A DNA stretch of 64,000 bases from Dehalococcoidia bacterium (GCA_965116945.1 OZ220734.1:65257-129256), one strand, 5' to 3'. Shown: positions 29,747 through 38,966, counted from the first letter of the stretch. The notes: generated by a model from the sequence alone, not told the origin. Numbers and translations are program-made.

Positions 29747-29983
29747 ATGGCAACCATCGAAAAAGAAATCATCGCCTATGACCTCATGCGCGAAGAACTC
29801 GAAGCCGACCATAAGGGTGAATGGGTGCTGGTTCATGACCAGCAGCTGATCGGGCTGTTCGAAACGTTCCAGAAAGCCGCGGTAGTAGCCAGCAAGCGTT
29901 TCGGTCGTGGCCCTTACCTGATTAGAAAGATCGGGGAGGGGCCGTTACGTCTTTCATCACGTGTTATGTACGGAATCCAATAA
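29747..29983 (+). CDS. Small DUF5678-like protein (78 aa) encoded in the low-GC cassette inside the NHase operon
   Basis: KGEWVLVHDQQLIGLFETFQKAAVVASKRFGRGPYLIRKIGE fits the GxWVAI..D..V.....AY....PF(I/L).(K/R)(I/V)G pattern of DUF5678. GC is visibly lower than the flanks. Stop overlaps the next start (TAATG). Confidence 0.5.
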   Translation: MATIEKEIIAYDLMREELEADHKGEWVLVHDQQLIGLFETFQKAAVVASKRFGRGPYLIRKIGEGPLRLSSRVMYGIQ

Positions 29984-30426
29984 TGCCGTCAATAGAATGC
30001 GGCTTCCCCGGTGAACCCGATCGGTTGGCTGTCAATGGCCCACAGATAATGGTGAATGTAGGGTTTAATCCAAACTACGACCCTGATACCAACCCACGTC
30101 TGGATATACCTGAATACCTGTTTCCTGCTCTGATAGATACGGGGGCAACTGAAAGTTGTATCGATTCTACTCTAGCGAGAGCGTTGGATTTGCCGGTTGT
30201 AGATAGTGGGGCAATAGTAGGAATACACGGTCCCCAAGTAACGGACTTACATCGAGCTCATATCCTAGTTGCTGATCTAGGCATCACTTACGACGGTCGA
30301 CTTGCTGGCATTCCTATGCGTTCAAGCGGAGCTCCCTTTTACGCACTGTTGGGCAGAGATTTCTTGAGAGTTCTGACGATGGCATATAACGGAGACACTG
30401 GCTCAGTTACCGTCTCGGTGAGCTAA
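29983..30426 (+). CDS. Retropepsin-like (clan AA) aspartic protease, stand-alone, 147 aa
   Basis: ALIDTGATESCID D-T-G-A active-site motif, plus hydrophobic-hydrophobic-G (LLGRDFL) near the C-terminus. ~50% GC versus ~62% in the flanks. Confidence 0.65.
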   Translation: MPSIECGFPGEPDRLAVNGPQIMVNVGFNPNYDPDTNPRLDIPEYLFPALIDTGATESCIDSTLARALDLPVVDSGAIVGIHGPQVTDLHRAHILVADLGITYDGRLAGIPMRSSGAPFYALLGRDFLRVLTMAYNGDTGSVTVSVS

Positions 30427-30441
30427 CGATAGACAAATGCC

Positions 30442-30777
30442 GTGCCCCAACCAATAGACAACCAGATCTCCTCCATGCAAGGGCCAGAGGCCCTTCCCCG
30501 CAAGAACGGCGAGCTCGTCTTCGAGCAGCCCTGGGAAAGCCGTGCCTTCGGCCTCGCGGTCGGCCTCAGCGAGGCCGGCGTCCTCCCCTGGCCCGACTTC
30601 CGCGAAGCCCTCGTCACCGCCATCCAGGAGTCGGAGCAGCGCGGGGACGGCCGCACCTACTACGAACAGTGGGCTTCGGCCCTCGAACGCCTGGCCCTGG
30701 AGAAGGGTCTGGTGACTGAAGAGGGACTGCAGGGTCGGGCGGGGTGGCTGGAGGAGGAGTCGAGGCACGGCCATTGA
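30442..30777 (+). CDS. Nitrile hydratase accessory protein (beta-homologous activator/Co-insertion chaperone)
   Basis: ELVFEQPWESRAFGLAVGL and YYEQWASALERL resemble the NHase beta N-terminus, as accessory e-subunits do. Start is GTG 30442 or ATG 30475. Confidence 0.6.
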   Translation: MPQPIDNQISSMQGPEALPRKNGELVFEQPWESRAFGLAVGLSEAGVLPWPDFREALVTAIQESEQRGDGRTYYEQWASALERLALEKGLVTEEGLQGRAGWLEEESRHGH

Positions 30778-30862
30778 CCCTCGACCTTCCCATATCCCGT
30801 ATAATCCCACCCAGCCTATTGAACCGTCCTCACAAACGCCTGAGACAACGGAGGTAAGCCAG

Positions 30863-32035
30863 ATGCTGTTCGGCAGCGTCTTCATGTTCAGGGACCCGGG
30901 CCTTTCCACCCCCTACGACCAGCTGGTCCGGGAGATGCGGGAGTATGTCCTGGCAATGGAGGATCTGGGCTTCGACTACCTCTGGCTTGGCGAGCACCAC
31001 CTGGGTCTCGAGGGTTTCGGCAACTCTCCTAACCCGCTCATGGTCGCCGCAGACATGGCCAGCCGAACGAAGAACATGCGCATCGGCTTCGCCTGCCTGG
31101 TCCCGAGCCTCTGGCACCCGCTCCGGCTCGCCGAAGACGTCGCCACCCTTGATCATCTGACCGAGGGCCGCATAGAGATCGGCTTCGGCCGGGGCCCCTG
31201 GCCCCGGGACACGGTCCCCTACCACCCCAACGCCGACCCCAGGGACGAACCGAAGTCCCGCCAGCTCATGCGTGAAAATATCGAAATTCTGGTCAAGGCC
31301 TGGACGGAAGATGTATTCTCCCACCAGGGCGAAAACTGGACTTTCCCTCCCCCAGGTGTCCCCTGGAACACCCCCTACGCCCCACCCGACCCCCGGGCCA
31401 CCGAGAACGGCATCATCACCAAGCTTTCCGTGTTTCCCAAACCCTACCAGAAACCCCATCCTCAGCTATGGGGCACCGTGTCATCGCCCAACTCCCTAAA
31501 GCAAACGGCAGAGCTGGGATTCAACGCCGTGACCTGGAGGCCGTCGGTGCTGCAGATCAGGGAGTGGTGCGAGATATACGCCTCCATCCGGTCTGAAAAG
31601 GAGGGTCGGGAGTTTGCACTAGGGGAAGGTTGGGCCGTGCAACGGAACACCTATGTTGCCGATTCTATGGAGGAAGCCAAGGATGATGCGGAAGAAGCCT
31701 TCCTCAGGGCCCACGGGTTCGTCAGCAGCTTCCACACCGACGTCAGCCAGTCCCTCCGCTTCTACATGAACCCTGGCGAGAAACCCACCCCCGACATGAA
31801 ACTCGACTGGGACCTCTTGAACGAACGTCAGTTCCTTGCCGGCCCGCCCGACCACGTCGCCGAGAAGGTCCACGAGCTCCAGGAAGTCTGCGGTATTAAT
31901 CACCTCCTGACCAACTTCCCGGGCGGAGGAGGCATACCCCACAACAAGGTGATGCGTTCCCTGGAGCTTTTCGGCACGAAGGTCATGCCGCAGTTCAGGA
32001 AAGAGGCCAAGGCTGCGCCCGTCGCTGCGGTATAA
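30863..32035 (+). CDS. LLM-class flavin/F420-dependent oxidoreductase
   Basis: MLFGSVFMF...LGFDYLWLGEHH luciferase-like TIM-barrel motifs. 390 aa. Confidence 0.8.
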   Translation: MLFGSVFMFRDPGLSTPYDQLVREMREYVLAMEDLGFDYLWLGEHHLGLEGFGNSPNPLMVAADMASRTKNMRIGFACLVPSLWHPLRLAEDVATLDHLTEGRIEIGFGRGPWPRDTVPYHPNADPRDEPKSRQLMRENIEILVKAWTEDVFSHQGENWTFPPPGVPWNTPYAPPDPRATENGIITKLSVFPKPYQKPHPQLWGTVSSPNSLKQTAELGFNAVTWRPSVLQIREWCEIYASIRSEKEGREFALGEGWAVQRNTYVADSMEEAKDDAEEAFLRAHGFVSSFHTDVSQSLRFYMNPGEKPTPDMKLDWDLLNERQFLAGPPDHVAEKVHELQEVCGINHLLTNFPGGGGIPHNKVMRSLELFGTKVMPQFRKEAKAAPVAAV

Positions 32036-32077
32036 CGACTGCCCGATATAAACGCCTAATACTGGAAGAGGTTTGCC

Positions 32078-33847
32078 TTGCTGCCCAGAAGAAGCAAAGT
32101 AGAGCATACGCGTCTCACCTCCCTCACCGTCGACACCAACGTCCCCGTCCCCATGAGGGACGGAACGACTCTCAGGGCGGAAGTGTATCGACCCAGTGGC
32201 CCGGGCCCTTGGCCCGTTCTCCTCTCACGTATCCCTTATGGCAAGCACAACCCTAGATATCGAACCTTGCACCTTGACCTGGTCAGAGCTGCAGCCCGAG
32301 GATACGTGATGGTGGTCCAGGACGTTAGGGGCCGACACGCCTCGGACGGCGAGTGGTACCCCTTCCGCTACGACGGCCAGGACGGCTACGATACCGTGGA
32401 ATGGTGCGCCTCTCAGCCGTGGAGCGACGGCAACGTGGGGATGTTTGGCATGTCCTATCACGGCGCTTCGCAATGGCTCGCTGCGGTGGAAGCCCCTCCA
32501 TCCCTGAAGGCCATTGCCCCCGGCCTAACCTCCGCCGACCTGTTTGACAGCTGGACGTACCTGGGCGGGGCCTTTGGGCTATGGTGGACTGGCCACTGGT
32601 CCGCCGGCTTCGTCCTGGACAACATAAGAGACACGCCCGAGAACCTCACCGACGCCGTTGCAGAGACCCGAAAGTGGGCCCGTGAGCCCATGGCCCTTGC
32701 CAATCACCTGCCCGTCAGGGACATGCCCGGCCTCAAAAACGTCGCCGACTACTACTACGACTGGATGGACCACCCCACCTACGACGACTACTGGAAGAAG
32801 ATCGGGGCGTGGGACAGGCTGCCCAACGTCAAAGTGCCGGTGTTGAGTGTCGGGGGATACTACGACAGCTTCATCCGCGGCACGGTGCGCTCCTATTCCT
32901 GGCTGAGGGAAAACGCTTCCACCCCCTCCACCCGGGACCAGCAGCACATAGTCCTGGGCCCCTGGATTCACAGTCACTTGCTGCCCCCCAACTCCGGACA
33001 GCGCTATTTCGGGGGTGGGGCATCAGGGCCGGGGATCGACTACCAGGGCATGGTCCTGGCCTGGTACGACCACTGGCTCAAGGGCGAGGACAACGGCATT
33101 GCATCCGACCCCCGCGCCTACTACTTCACTATGGGCGACAACCGATGGCAGGAAGCCGAGTCCTGGCCTCCCCCTTCGGTTGAAACACCATTCTTCCTGC
33201 GCAGTAAAGGTCGGGCCAACACAAGGCATGGCGACGGCATCCTCAGTATGGACCCGCCTGGGGAGTCGGAGCCCCCTGACTCCTACCTCCACAACCCCCT
33301 CAATCCAGTGCCGACCGTCGGGGGGCCTTACGTCCGGGGCATACCCGGATTCGTCGAGGCAGGCTCCATAGAACAGGCCCCCGCCGAGACCCGTGAGGAC
33401 GTTCTTGTGTACACCTCCGCGCCAGCGGACAAACGGTTGGAGGTCACGGGTCACTTGAACTTGGTACTCTGGGCAGCATCCTCGGCCCTGGACACCGACT
33501 GGGCAGTAACCGTCAGCGTGGTCGAGCCCAATGGCTCATCCTACAACTTCTGCGAGGGAATCCTCAGAGCATCATATCGTGACTCCTTGGAATCCCCGTC
33601 GCCCATCAAACCCGACCAGCCCTACCAATACATCATAGACCTTGGCCCGACCTCCATAGCCTTCCAACCAGGTCAGTCCATCAGGCTTCGCATCGCCAGT
33701 TCCAACTTCCCCGCATTTGCCCGGAACCTCGGGACTGGGGGGCCGGTGAATAAGGAGTCCAGGGAAAATGCGGTCGTAGCCCTGCAGACCGTCCTGCACG
33801 ATGCAGCCCACCCATCGAGACTCGTGTTGCCCATCGTCGAATCCTAG
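32078..33847 (+). CDS. CocE/NonD-family alpha/beta hydrolase (S15 X-Pro dipeptidyl-peptidase-like)
   Basis: VPMRDGTTLRAEVYRP...PVLLSRIPYGK...GYVMVVQDVRGRHASDGEW...GMFGMSYHG (nucleophile Ser in GxSYxG). Confidence 0.85.
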   Translation: MLPRRSKVEHTRLTSLTVDTNVPVPMRDGTTLRAEVYRPSGPGPWPVLLSRIPYGKHNPRYRTLHLDLVRAAARGYVMVVQDVRGRHASDGEWYPFRYDGQDGYDTVEWCASQPWSDGNVGMFGMSYHGASQWLAAVEAPPSLKAIAPGLTSADLFDSWTYLGGAFGLWWTGHWSAGFVLDNIRDTPENLTDAVAETRKWAREPMALANHLPVRDMPGLKNVADYYYDWMDHPTYDDYWKKIGAWDRLPNVKVPVLSVGGYYDSFIRGTVRSYSWLRENASTPSTRDQQHIVLGPWIHSHLLPPNSGQRYFGGGASGPGIDYQGMVLAWYDHWLKGEDNGIASDPRAYYFTMGDNRWQEAESWPPPSVETPFFLRSKGRANTRHGDGILSMDPPGESEPPDSYLHNPLNPVPTVGGPYVRGIPGFVEAGSIEQAPAETREDVLVYTSAPADKRLEVTGHLNLVLWAASSALDTDWAVTVSVVEPNGSSYNFCEGILRASYRDSLESPSPIKPDQPYQYIIDLGPTSIAFQPGQSIRLRIASSNFPAFARNLGTGGPVNKESRENAVVALQTVLHDAAHPSRLVLPIVES

Positions 33848-33865
33848 AATCGGAGGACAGGTCCA

Positions 33866-34900
33866 ATGAAAGCCGACTTCAGCGTAGGAATGGGCCGAAA
33901 CCTGGCCATGTCGGAGGTGGCGTCCCACTCGAAACTTGCCGAGGACTGCGGGTTCTCCCACCTCACCATGATCGACTCCCAGAACCTCTCCCGGGACGTC
34001 TACTCCATGATGACCATAGCTGCCTTGAATACCAGGCACATCAAGATAGGTCACGGAGTCACCAACCCATTCACCCGGCACCCCTCCGTAACCGCGACCG
34101 CCTCCGCCACAATAAACGAAGTGTCGGGTGGCAGGGCATTCGTGGGCATAGGCGCGGGATTCAGCTCCGTCATCACTATGGGAATGAATGCCCGCACCAT
34201 GCAGGAGTTTCGGGATAGCGTCCAGTTCATCAAGGATTACACCGCAGGCAAAGAGGTTGAATACCACGGCTCCAAGATGCACTCAGAATGGATTCGCACA
34301 CCCGTGCCCGTCTACATGGCTTCAATAGGGCTGCGATCCCTAAGGTTGGCCGGGGAGCTGGCTGACGGCGTGATGCTGGGCGGCGTGCACCCAGTGATGA
34401 TGAAGTGGAACCTGGAGCAGATCGCCCGAGGTGCAGAATCCGTGGGTCGGGACCCTTCCGAAATCGATGTCTGGGCACGCACCGAACTCCTGGTCGCCGA
34501 CTCCAAGGAGCAGGCCCGGCGCGAGGTCGCCTCCTATGCCATGAGCTGGGCCTGCAGTTTCTACGGTTCCCTCTTCCGACGTAAAGCCCCCGAGATCGAA
34601 GACCTGCGCCAACGCATTGAGGTCGCCGAACCCGGTCTAATAGATGAGTTCAGGACAGCTTACGAGGCCTTTGACCCCTACCAACACGAAAAGACCGATG
34701 CCGATCACGCAAAGCTGGCATCCCAGCGCCTCATCGACTTCTTCCTAATGCCCGGCACCCCCGACGATATCGGTGAGCAGATATCCGGCGTCCTTCCCCT
34801 GGGCGTGAACAACATCTCCACCGTCCTCTTCACCATCATCGACAAAAAGGACATGATGCGCCGCATCAGCCGCGAAATCATGCCCTTGTTCAGCGCCTAG
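33866..34900 (+). CDS. LLM-class flavin/F420-dependent oxidoreductase (paralog of 5777..6823)
   Basis: MKADFSVGMGRN...GFSHLTMIDSQ...GRAFVGIGAG. A ccctctccc/gggagaggg hairpin follows at ~34945. Confidence 0.8.
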   Translation: MKADFSVGMGRNLAMSEVASHSKLAEDCGFSHLTMIDSQNLSRDVYSMMTIAALNTRHIKIGHGVTNPFTRHPSVTATASATINEVSGGRAFVGIGAGFSSVITMGMNARTMQEFRDSVQFIKDYTAGKEVEYHGSKMHSEWIRTPVPVYMASIGLRSLRLAGELADGVMLGGVHPVMMKWNLEQIARGAESVGRDPSEIDVWARTELLVADSKEQARREVASYAMSWACSFYGSLFRRKAPEIEDLRQRIEVAEPGLIDEFRTAYEAFDPYQHEKTDADHAKLASQRLIDFFLMPGTPDDIGEQISGVLPLGVNNISTVLFTIIDKKDMMRRISREIMPLFSA

Positions 34901-35040
34901 CCAACGGTCACTCCCGTATCCCGAAACCCCGCGAGGGATCAGGGGTGGTGTCCAGTCCCCTCTCCCTTTACGGGAGAGGGCTAGGGTGAGGGTGATACGA
35001 TGACCTGCATTCCACGCTCCTTAGAGCCTTTCCGCGCGGC

Positions 35041-36147
35041 CTACCCCTCCACCGGCGTCCGAATCCTCCCCTGCTGCTGGGCCCACTCCGGGTCAGACTT
35101 CGTCACCAACGACGGCAGGATGAACCGGAAGTCGCACACCTTGTCACCCCGGGTCTTCACCTTGGACCACCCCACCACCCCGTTGGGGTCAAAGGCCTCA
35201 ACCAGCCCCCGGTGCACCTCCGTGTCGTAGATGTAACCAAAGGCCAGGCCCTTGTGACCTTCCTCCGCCCAGACCTCTGCGCAGGGGCAGTACGTGCAGG
35301 TGGTATGCATAACCCCCGGGGACACATGACTGGAGCCCTTGAACACGAAGCAAGTGGAATTCGGGTCCCGCCGGCTGATAATGTCCGTCCACGTCTCGAA
35401 ATCGAGCGGCATCTCGCTCGAGACCGCCTCCGCCTTCATCCCCTCCCCCCGCTCATACCCGAAGTCGTACAAGGCCTCCCGCATAAGCTTCTCGGCAGTA
35501 GCGTCAAAATTCTCTTCCATCGCCCGGGCCACGAACATGCCCAGTGCCCCGAACACCCCGAATGTCCTGCGTGAGAACACTATCGACGACGCAACGTCCC
35601 CCAGCCTGTCCTTGGGCATCTCCGTCGACGCCCCCGTCGCGTCTCCCGCATACGAAAAAGTTATCGCCAGGGGCCCCGACCCGTCCGCCGGTATCTCCGT
35701 GTGCGACACGGACATCTCCTCGTCGAACCCCTCGGCTATCCCCTGTAGGGTGTTGCTCCAGTACGAAGCCAGGATCTCCGCTCCACCCCGCCTGGCAAAG
35801 TAGTCGCTTCCCGGCACGCTCGGCAGCATGACCGTTGCCGCAGAGGGACTCCCTTCCACCTCCACCACCGAGTCCGGGTGCGCGAATGCCAGGTCCGCCA
35901 CATCCCACGCCTTGAGCAAGGACAAGGCGTCGTTCCCGGACGCCAGAGTTGCCGGGTCTTCCGCCATCGACTGCCCCCTGTACCGGCCTGCCAAGCGGAA
36001 CCCTTCTCCCAACGCCCTCATCCCTGCCTCCCCCAGCCGGGCCCGCGTGTGGATGGTCAGATGACGCAGAAGCATCCAATAGTATTCGTCGATGATTTTC
36101 AGAGACGCGATGCGCTGGTCTCTGGTTGCCGCTGGATCGCTGGTCAT
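35041..36147 (-). CDS. Hypothetical protein with C-terminal Cys cluster (TCTYCPC ... GDKVCDFRF); possibly ATC-hydrolase-like
   Basis: 368-aa ORF with coding-like composition. The Cys motif resembles the C-terminus of the L-2-amino-thiazoline-4-carboxylate hydrolase family, but the match is from memory and weak. Confidence 0.45.
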   Translation of the reverse strand: MTSDPAATRDQRIASLKIIDEYYWMLLRHLTIHTRARLGEAGMRALGEGFRLAGRYRGQSMAEDPATLASGNDALSLLKAWDVADLAFAHPDSVVEVEGSPSAATVMLPSVPGSDYFARRGGAEILASYWSNTLQGIAEGFDEEMSVSHTEIPADGSGPLAITFSYAGDATGASTEMPKDRLGDVASSIVFSRRTFGVFGALGMFVARAMEENFDATAEKLMREALYDFGYERGEGMKAEAVSSEMPLDFETWTDIISRRDPNSTCFVFKGSSHVSPGVMHTTCTYCPCAEVWAEEGHKGLAFGYIYDTEVHRGLVEAFDPNGVVGWSKVKTRGDKVCDFRFILPSLVTKSDPEWAQQQGRIRTPVEG

Positions 36148-36214
36148 GATAAGCCTCCACCTCGACTATTGGGACGACAATGGCCGGACGAACGAGGCGC
36201 GGCAGCCGGTCAGG

Positions 36215-37357
36215 CTACCACTGGACGAACATCGGCATGACAACGTGGACGTAATTAACGCCCTCTGTCGGAGAAAGGGGTCTCAGAACCCCGGGGCTCG
36301 AGGGGCTGGAAGTCTCCAGCGCCACCATCCCGTGGCCCAACACGTTCAGCACCTCCGTCAGGTACTTGCTGTTGAAAGCAATCTTGGCAGGGTCCCCTTC
36401 TACCGTAGCGGAAATCTCTCCCTGATTGTCCCCGACTTCCTCCGACCGGGCCGATATCGACAGCCCTCCCACCCCGCCTTCCCCACCTTCGGAGGTCTGC
36501 AGCCGCACAATCCCACTCCCGTCTCGGGCAAATATTGAGGCTGCACGGGTTGCCCTGGCAAACTCACCCACATCCACGGTAGTCTTGGAAGCGTGCTCCT
36601 TGGGTACCAGCTGGCTGTAGTTTGGGAATGTGCCTTGGATCAGCTGGGACACCACAGCCGCACTTTCAAACTGGAAGAGCACCTGGGTCTTGCCTTCGTT
36701 CACCTTGATCTTTACAGGCTGGTCTCTCCCTGACGAAAGACGGCTAACTTCCTGCAGAGACTTGGAAGGCACGATGATCGCACCGCCATCCGGCAGGTCC
36801 TCGCCAACCTTTGTTTCGTGGACCGCTAGACGGAACCCGTCCGCCGCCGCCAGCACCAGCGTTCCTTCTTTCAGCTCAATCTGCACCCCCGTCAACACGG
36901 GCCTCGAGTCCTCTGTAGCCGCTGCAAAGGCTACGCCGTCAATGGCTTGCTTCAGCAGATCAGGGGCGATGTCGACCTCCAGGCCATCCTCAACCGTGGG
37001 CGTTGGCGGAAATTCTTCGGGGTCCGTCCCCGATATGTTCGCCTCGAACCTGGCACAGGTGACATTCAGGCTCTTTCCACTCGTACCACCGGTAAGCGTC
37101 ACTTCCTCTGATGGCAATGACCCGACAAATTCCGTCAACAGCCTCGCCGGCACGGTTACCACTCCCTCCTCCTCCACCCTCGCCCCGATCCAATTCGTTA
37201 TTGTCAGTTCCAGGTTAGTTGCCGATAGCTTCAGGCGTCCACCGTCCGTCGCTATCAGGACGTTGCTGGTGATGGGGAGGGGTGTTCGCGACGCCACCGC
37301 CCGCCCGACTTCCGACAAAGCGGCGCTTAAATTCTCTTGCAGACAGACTACCTTCAT
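36215..37357 (-). CDS. dnaN: DNA polymerase III beta subunit (sliding clamp)
   Basis: MKVVCLQENLSAALSEVGRAVASRTPLPITSNVLIATDGGRLKLSATNLE is canonical DnaN. No dnaA/recF/gyrB neighbours. Confidence 0.9.
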   Translation of the reverse strand: MKVVCLQENLSAALSEVGRAVASRTPLPITSNVLIATDGGRLKLSATNLELTITNWIGARVEEEGVVTVPARLLTEFVGSLPSEEVTLTGGTSGKSLNVTCARFEANISGTDPEEFPPTPTVEDGLEVDIAPDLLKQAIDGVAFAAATEDSRPVLTGVQIELKEGTLVLAAADGFRLAVHETKVGEDLPDGGAIIVPSKSLQEVSRLSSGRDQPVKIKVNEGKTQVLFQFESAAVVSQLIQGTFPNYSQLVPKEHASKTTVDVGEFARATRAASIFARDGSGIVRLQTSEGGEGGVGGLSISARSEEVGDNQGEISATVEGDPAKIAFNSKYLTEVLNVLGHGMVALETSSPSSPGVLRPLSPTEGVNYVHVVMPMFVQW

Positions 37358-37434
37358 GGGCTGGTTTTCCTATGTGGGGAGATTTGATGAAAGTATACAT
37401 CAGTGCCAAAAAACGCCTCAAGGGGCGAACCACG

Positions 37435-37471
37435 AAAAAGGGGCCTCCCGATATACGGGAGGCCCCTCTTT
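37435..37471 (-). terminator. Bidirectional Rho-independent terminator: aaaaa-ggggcctcccg-atata-cgggaggcccc-tcttt
   Basis: Perfect 11-bp GC-rich stem with A-run and T-run flanks. It follows the minus-strand small membrane gene (stop 37494) and separates it from dnaN. Confidence 0.55.
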
Positions 37472-37493
37472 CCACAGTCTCTATCTGTGCTGT

Positions 37494-37754
37494 TTACAGC
37501 CCGTGAGTGAGTCTGATGACCAGGATGAATAGTCCCAGCATCAGCAGCCCCGAGAGAATGACCAGCCTGTGGTCGCTCAGTATCCCGCCGAAGGGTCTGT
37601 AGATCGGCGAGAAGATGGCTGCGTAGGGAGCTTCGAACACCTGCATTATCATCTCTATGATCTTGAAAGGCAGGCTGATTATCGGCGTAAGCATGTCGAA
37701 GATCGACAAGATCGCCTTCAGAATCGCAATCAGCGGTTTCACCAACAAATCCAT
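37494..37754 (-). CDS. Small membrane protein, YggT/Ycf19-like
   Basis: Two TM segments. PIYRPFGGILSDHRLVILSGLL resembles the YggT P-x-R-x3-P-x-GG-D-S-x-LV motif. Lower-GC neighbourhood. Confidence 0.45.
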   Translation of the reverse strand: MDLLVKPLIAILKAILSIFDMLTPIISLPFKIIEMIMQVFEAPYAAIFSPIYRPFGGILSDHRLVILSGLLMLGLFILVIRLTHGL

Positions 37755-37795
37755 GTTTTGTCTCCTTCGTTAACCAGGTATTGCCCGAGTTCGCT

Positions 37796-38299
37796 CTAGC
37801 TCCAGAAGCCCGGCAGGTTCCTGGCCGCTACCATGAAGAAGAGCATTGGGATGGACAGAAGGGTGTTGACACGGGAGGCCTGTCCCGCCGCACCTACCCA
37901 CGCGGGGTCCGGGGCCTCTCCGTCCTGGTTGGCCTTGATAATCTTCTTCTGATTGGGCCAGATTATCAGCCACACGTTCAGGAACATGATCGTACCCAGG
38001 ATCGCCCCAACCAATATGGAGTTGAAGGAGGCCGATCCTACGTAACCGTCCCAGCCAAGCTGTACGCCACGGGACAGCATCCACGCAACCCCGGCAAACA
38101 TGGTGACCAGAGCCGCCCATCGGAACCAGAACAGCGCAGTGGGGACCAGGTTTATGAAAGCGTCTCGTCTGGAGCTACCTTCAAATTTCGGGAACGAAGG
38201 CGTCTGGACGAAATTGAAGTAGTAAAGGAGCCCGATCCAAGTGATCCCTGCGATTATATGTAACCATCGCAAGGAACCCAAGTAGTATTCCCAAGCCAT
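37796..38299 (-). CDS. Membrane protein, PuuD/HemJ-like transmembrane domain family (no cytochrome c domain)
   Basis: LRWLHIIAGITWIGLLYYFNFV resembles the conserved first helix of urate hydroxylase PuuD / HemJ-type membrane domains. Four predicted TM helices. Confidence 0.45.
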   Translation of the reverse strand: MAWEYYLGSLRWLHIIAGITWIGLLYYFNFVQTPSFPKFEGSSRRDAFINLVPTALFWFRWAALVTMFAGVAWMLSRGVQLGWDGYVGSASFNSILVGAILGTIMFLNVWLIIWPNQKKIIKANQDGEAPDPAWVGAAGQASRVNTLLSIPMLFFMVAARNLPGFWS

Positions 38300-38526
38300 A
38301 GGATCCTCCGTAGTTTCAGTTATTTCCGAGGTAAGAGGTACCGGCGACCGCCAGGTGTTGGTCCTCGGAATCCGCCAAGTGAACTAACGGTTTGTCTACC
38401 CTGCCTACCCCCCTTTCCAATTGATGATTCGAGGCCCGAGCAGATGACGAACAGCTTAGTTCCCGTGACTATACTACAACCCGACTCCCTTTCCAAGGGG
38501 TTTTGGAAAACGTTGACGCGTGTTCT

Positions 38527-38898
38527 TCAACCCTCCAGCAGCTCTATGAAGTCCTCCCGAGGCGGCGAGAAAATATCCAGAGCCAATGCCCTCCCCGCCG
38601 TCGCCACCGCCCGGTGCTCCACCCCCGACGGCACCAGGTAGGCGTCCCCTTTTTTCACCATCCGGGCCTCGCCATCTATCGTCAACTCAAACTCCCCCTC
38701 CAGGCACATCCCGGCCTGCTCATGAGGGTGAGTGTGCAAGGGGACTTCACCCCCGGCCTCAAGCGTGATGTACACCATCATCACCTTATCCCCCCATAGA
38801 GGCTGTATGTGCGCTCCCGGTGCGATCTCCTTGCTCTTCAGTGCCTTGGGATCATAGAACGGCATCAAATCTCTCCTTGTTATTGTGTACAGCATCAT
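38527..38898 (-). CDS. Cupin domain protein
   Basis: G(x)5HxH(x)3,4E(x)6G-type motif: GGEVPLHTHPHEQAGMCLEGE ... PSGVEH. Confidence 0.7.
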   Translation of the reverse strand: MMLYTITRRDLMPFYDPKALKSKEIAPGAHIQPLWGDKVMMVYITLEAGGEVPLHTHPHEQAGMCLEGEFELTIDGEARMVKKGDAYLVPSGVEHRAVATAGRALALDIFSPPREDFIELLEG

Positions 38899-38966
38899 AC
38901 TGACCTCATGTTATCACCCGCCCGGACTGTATAATGGCGCGACAACACGCTGGGGGCAAAGCGACC

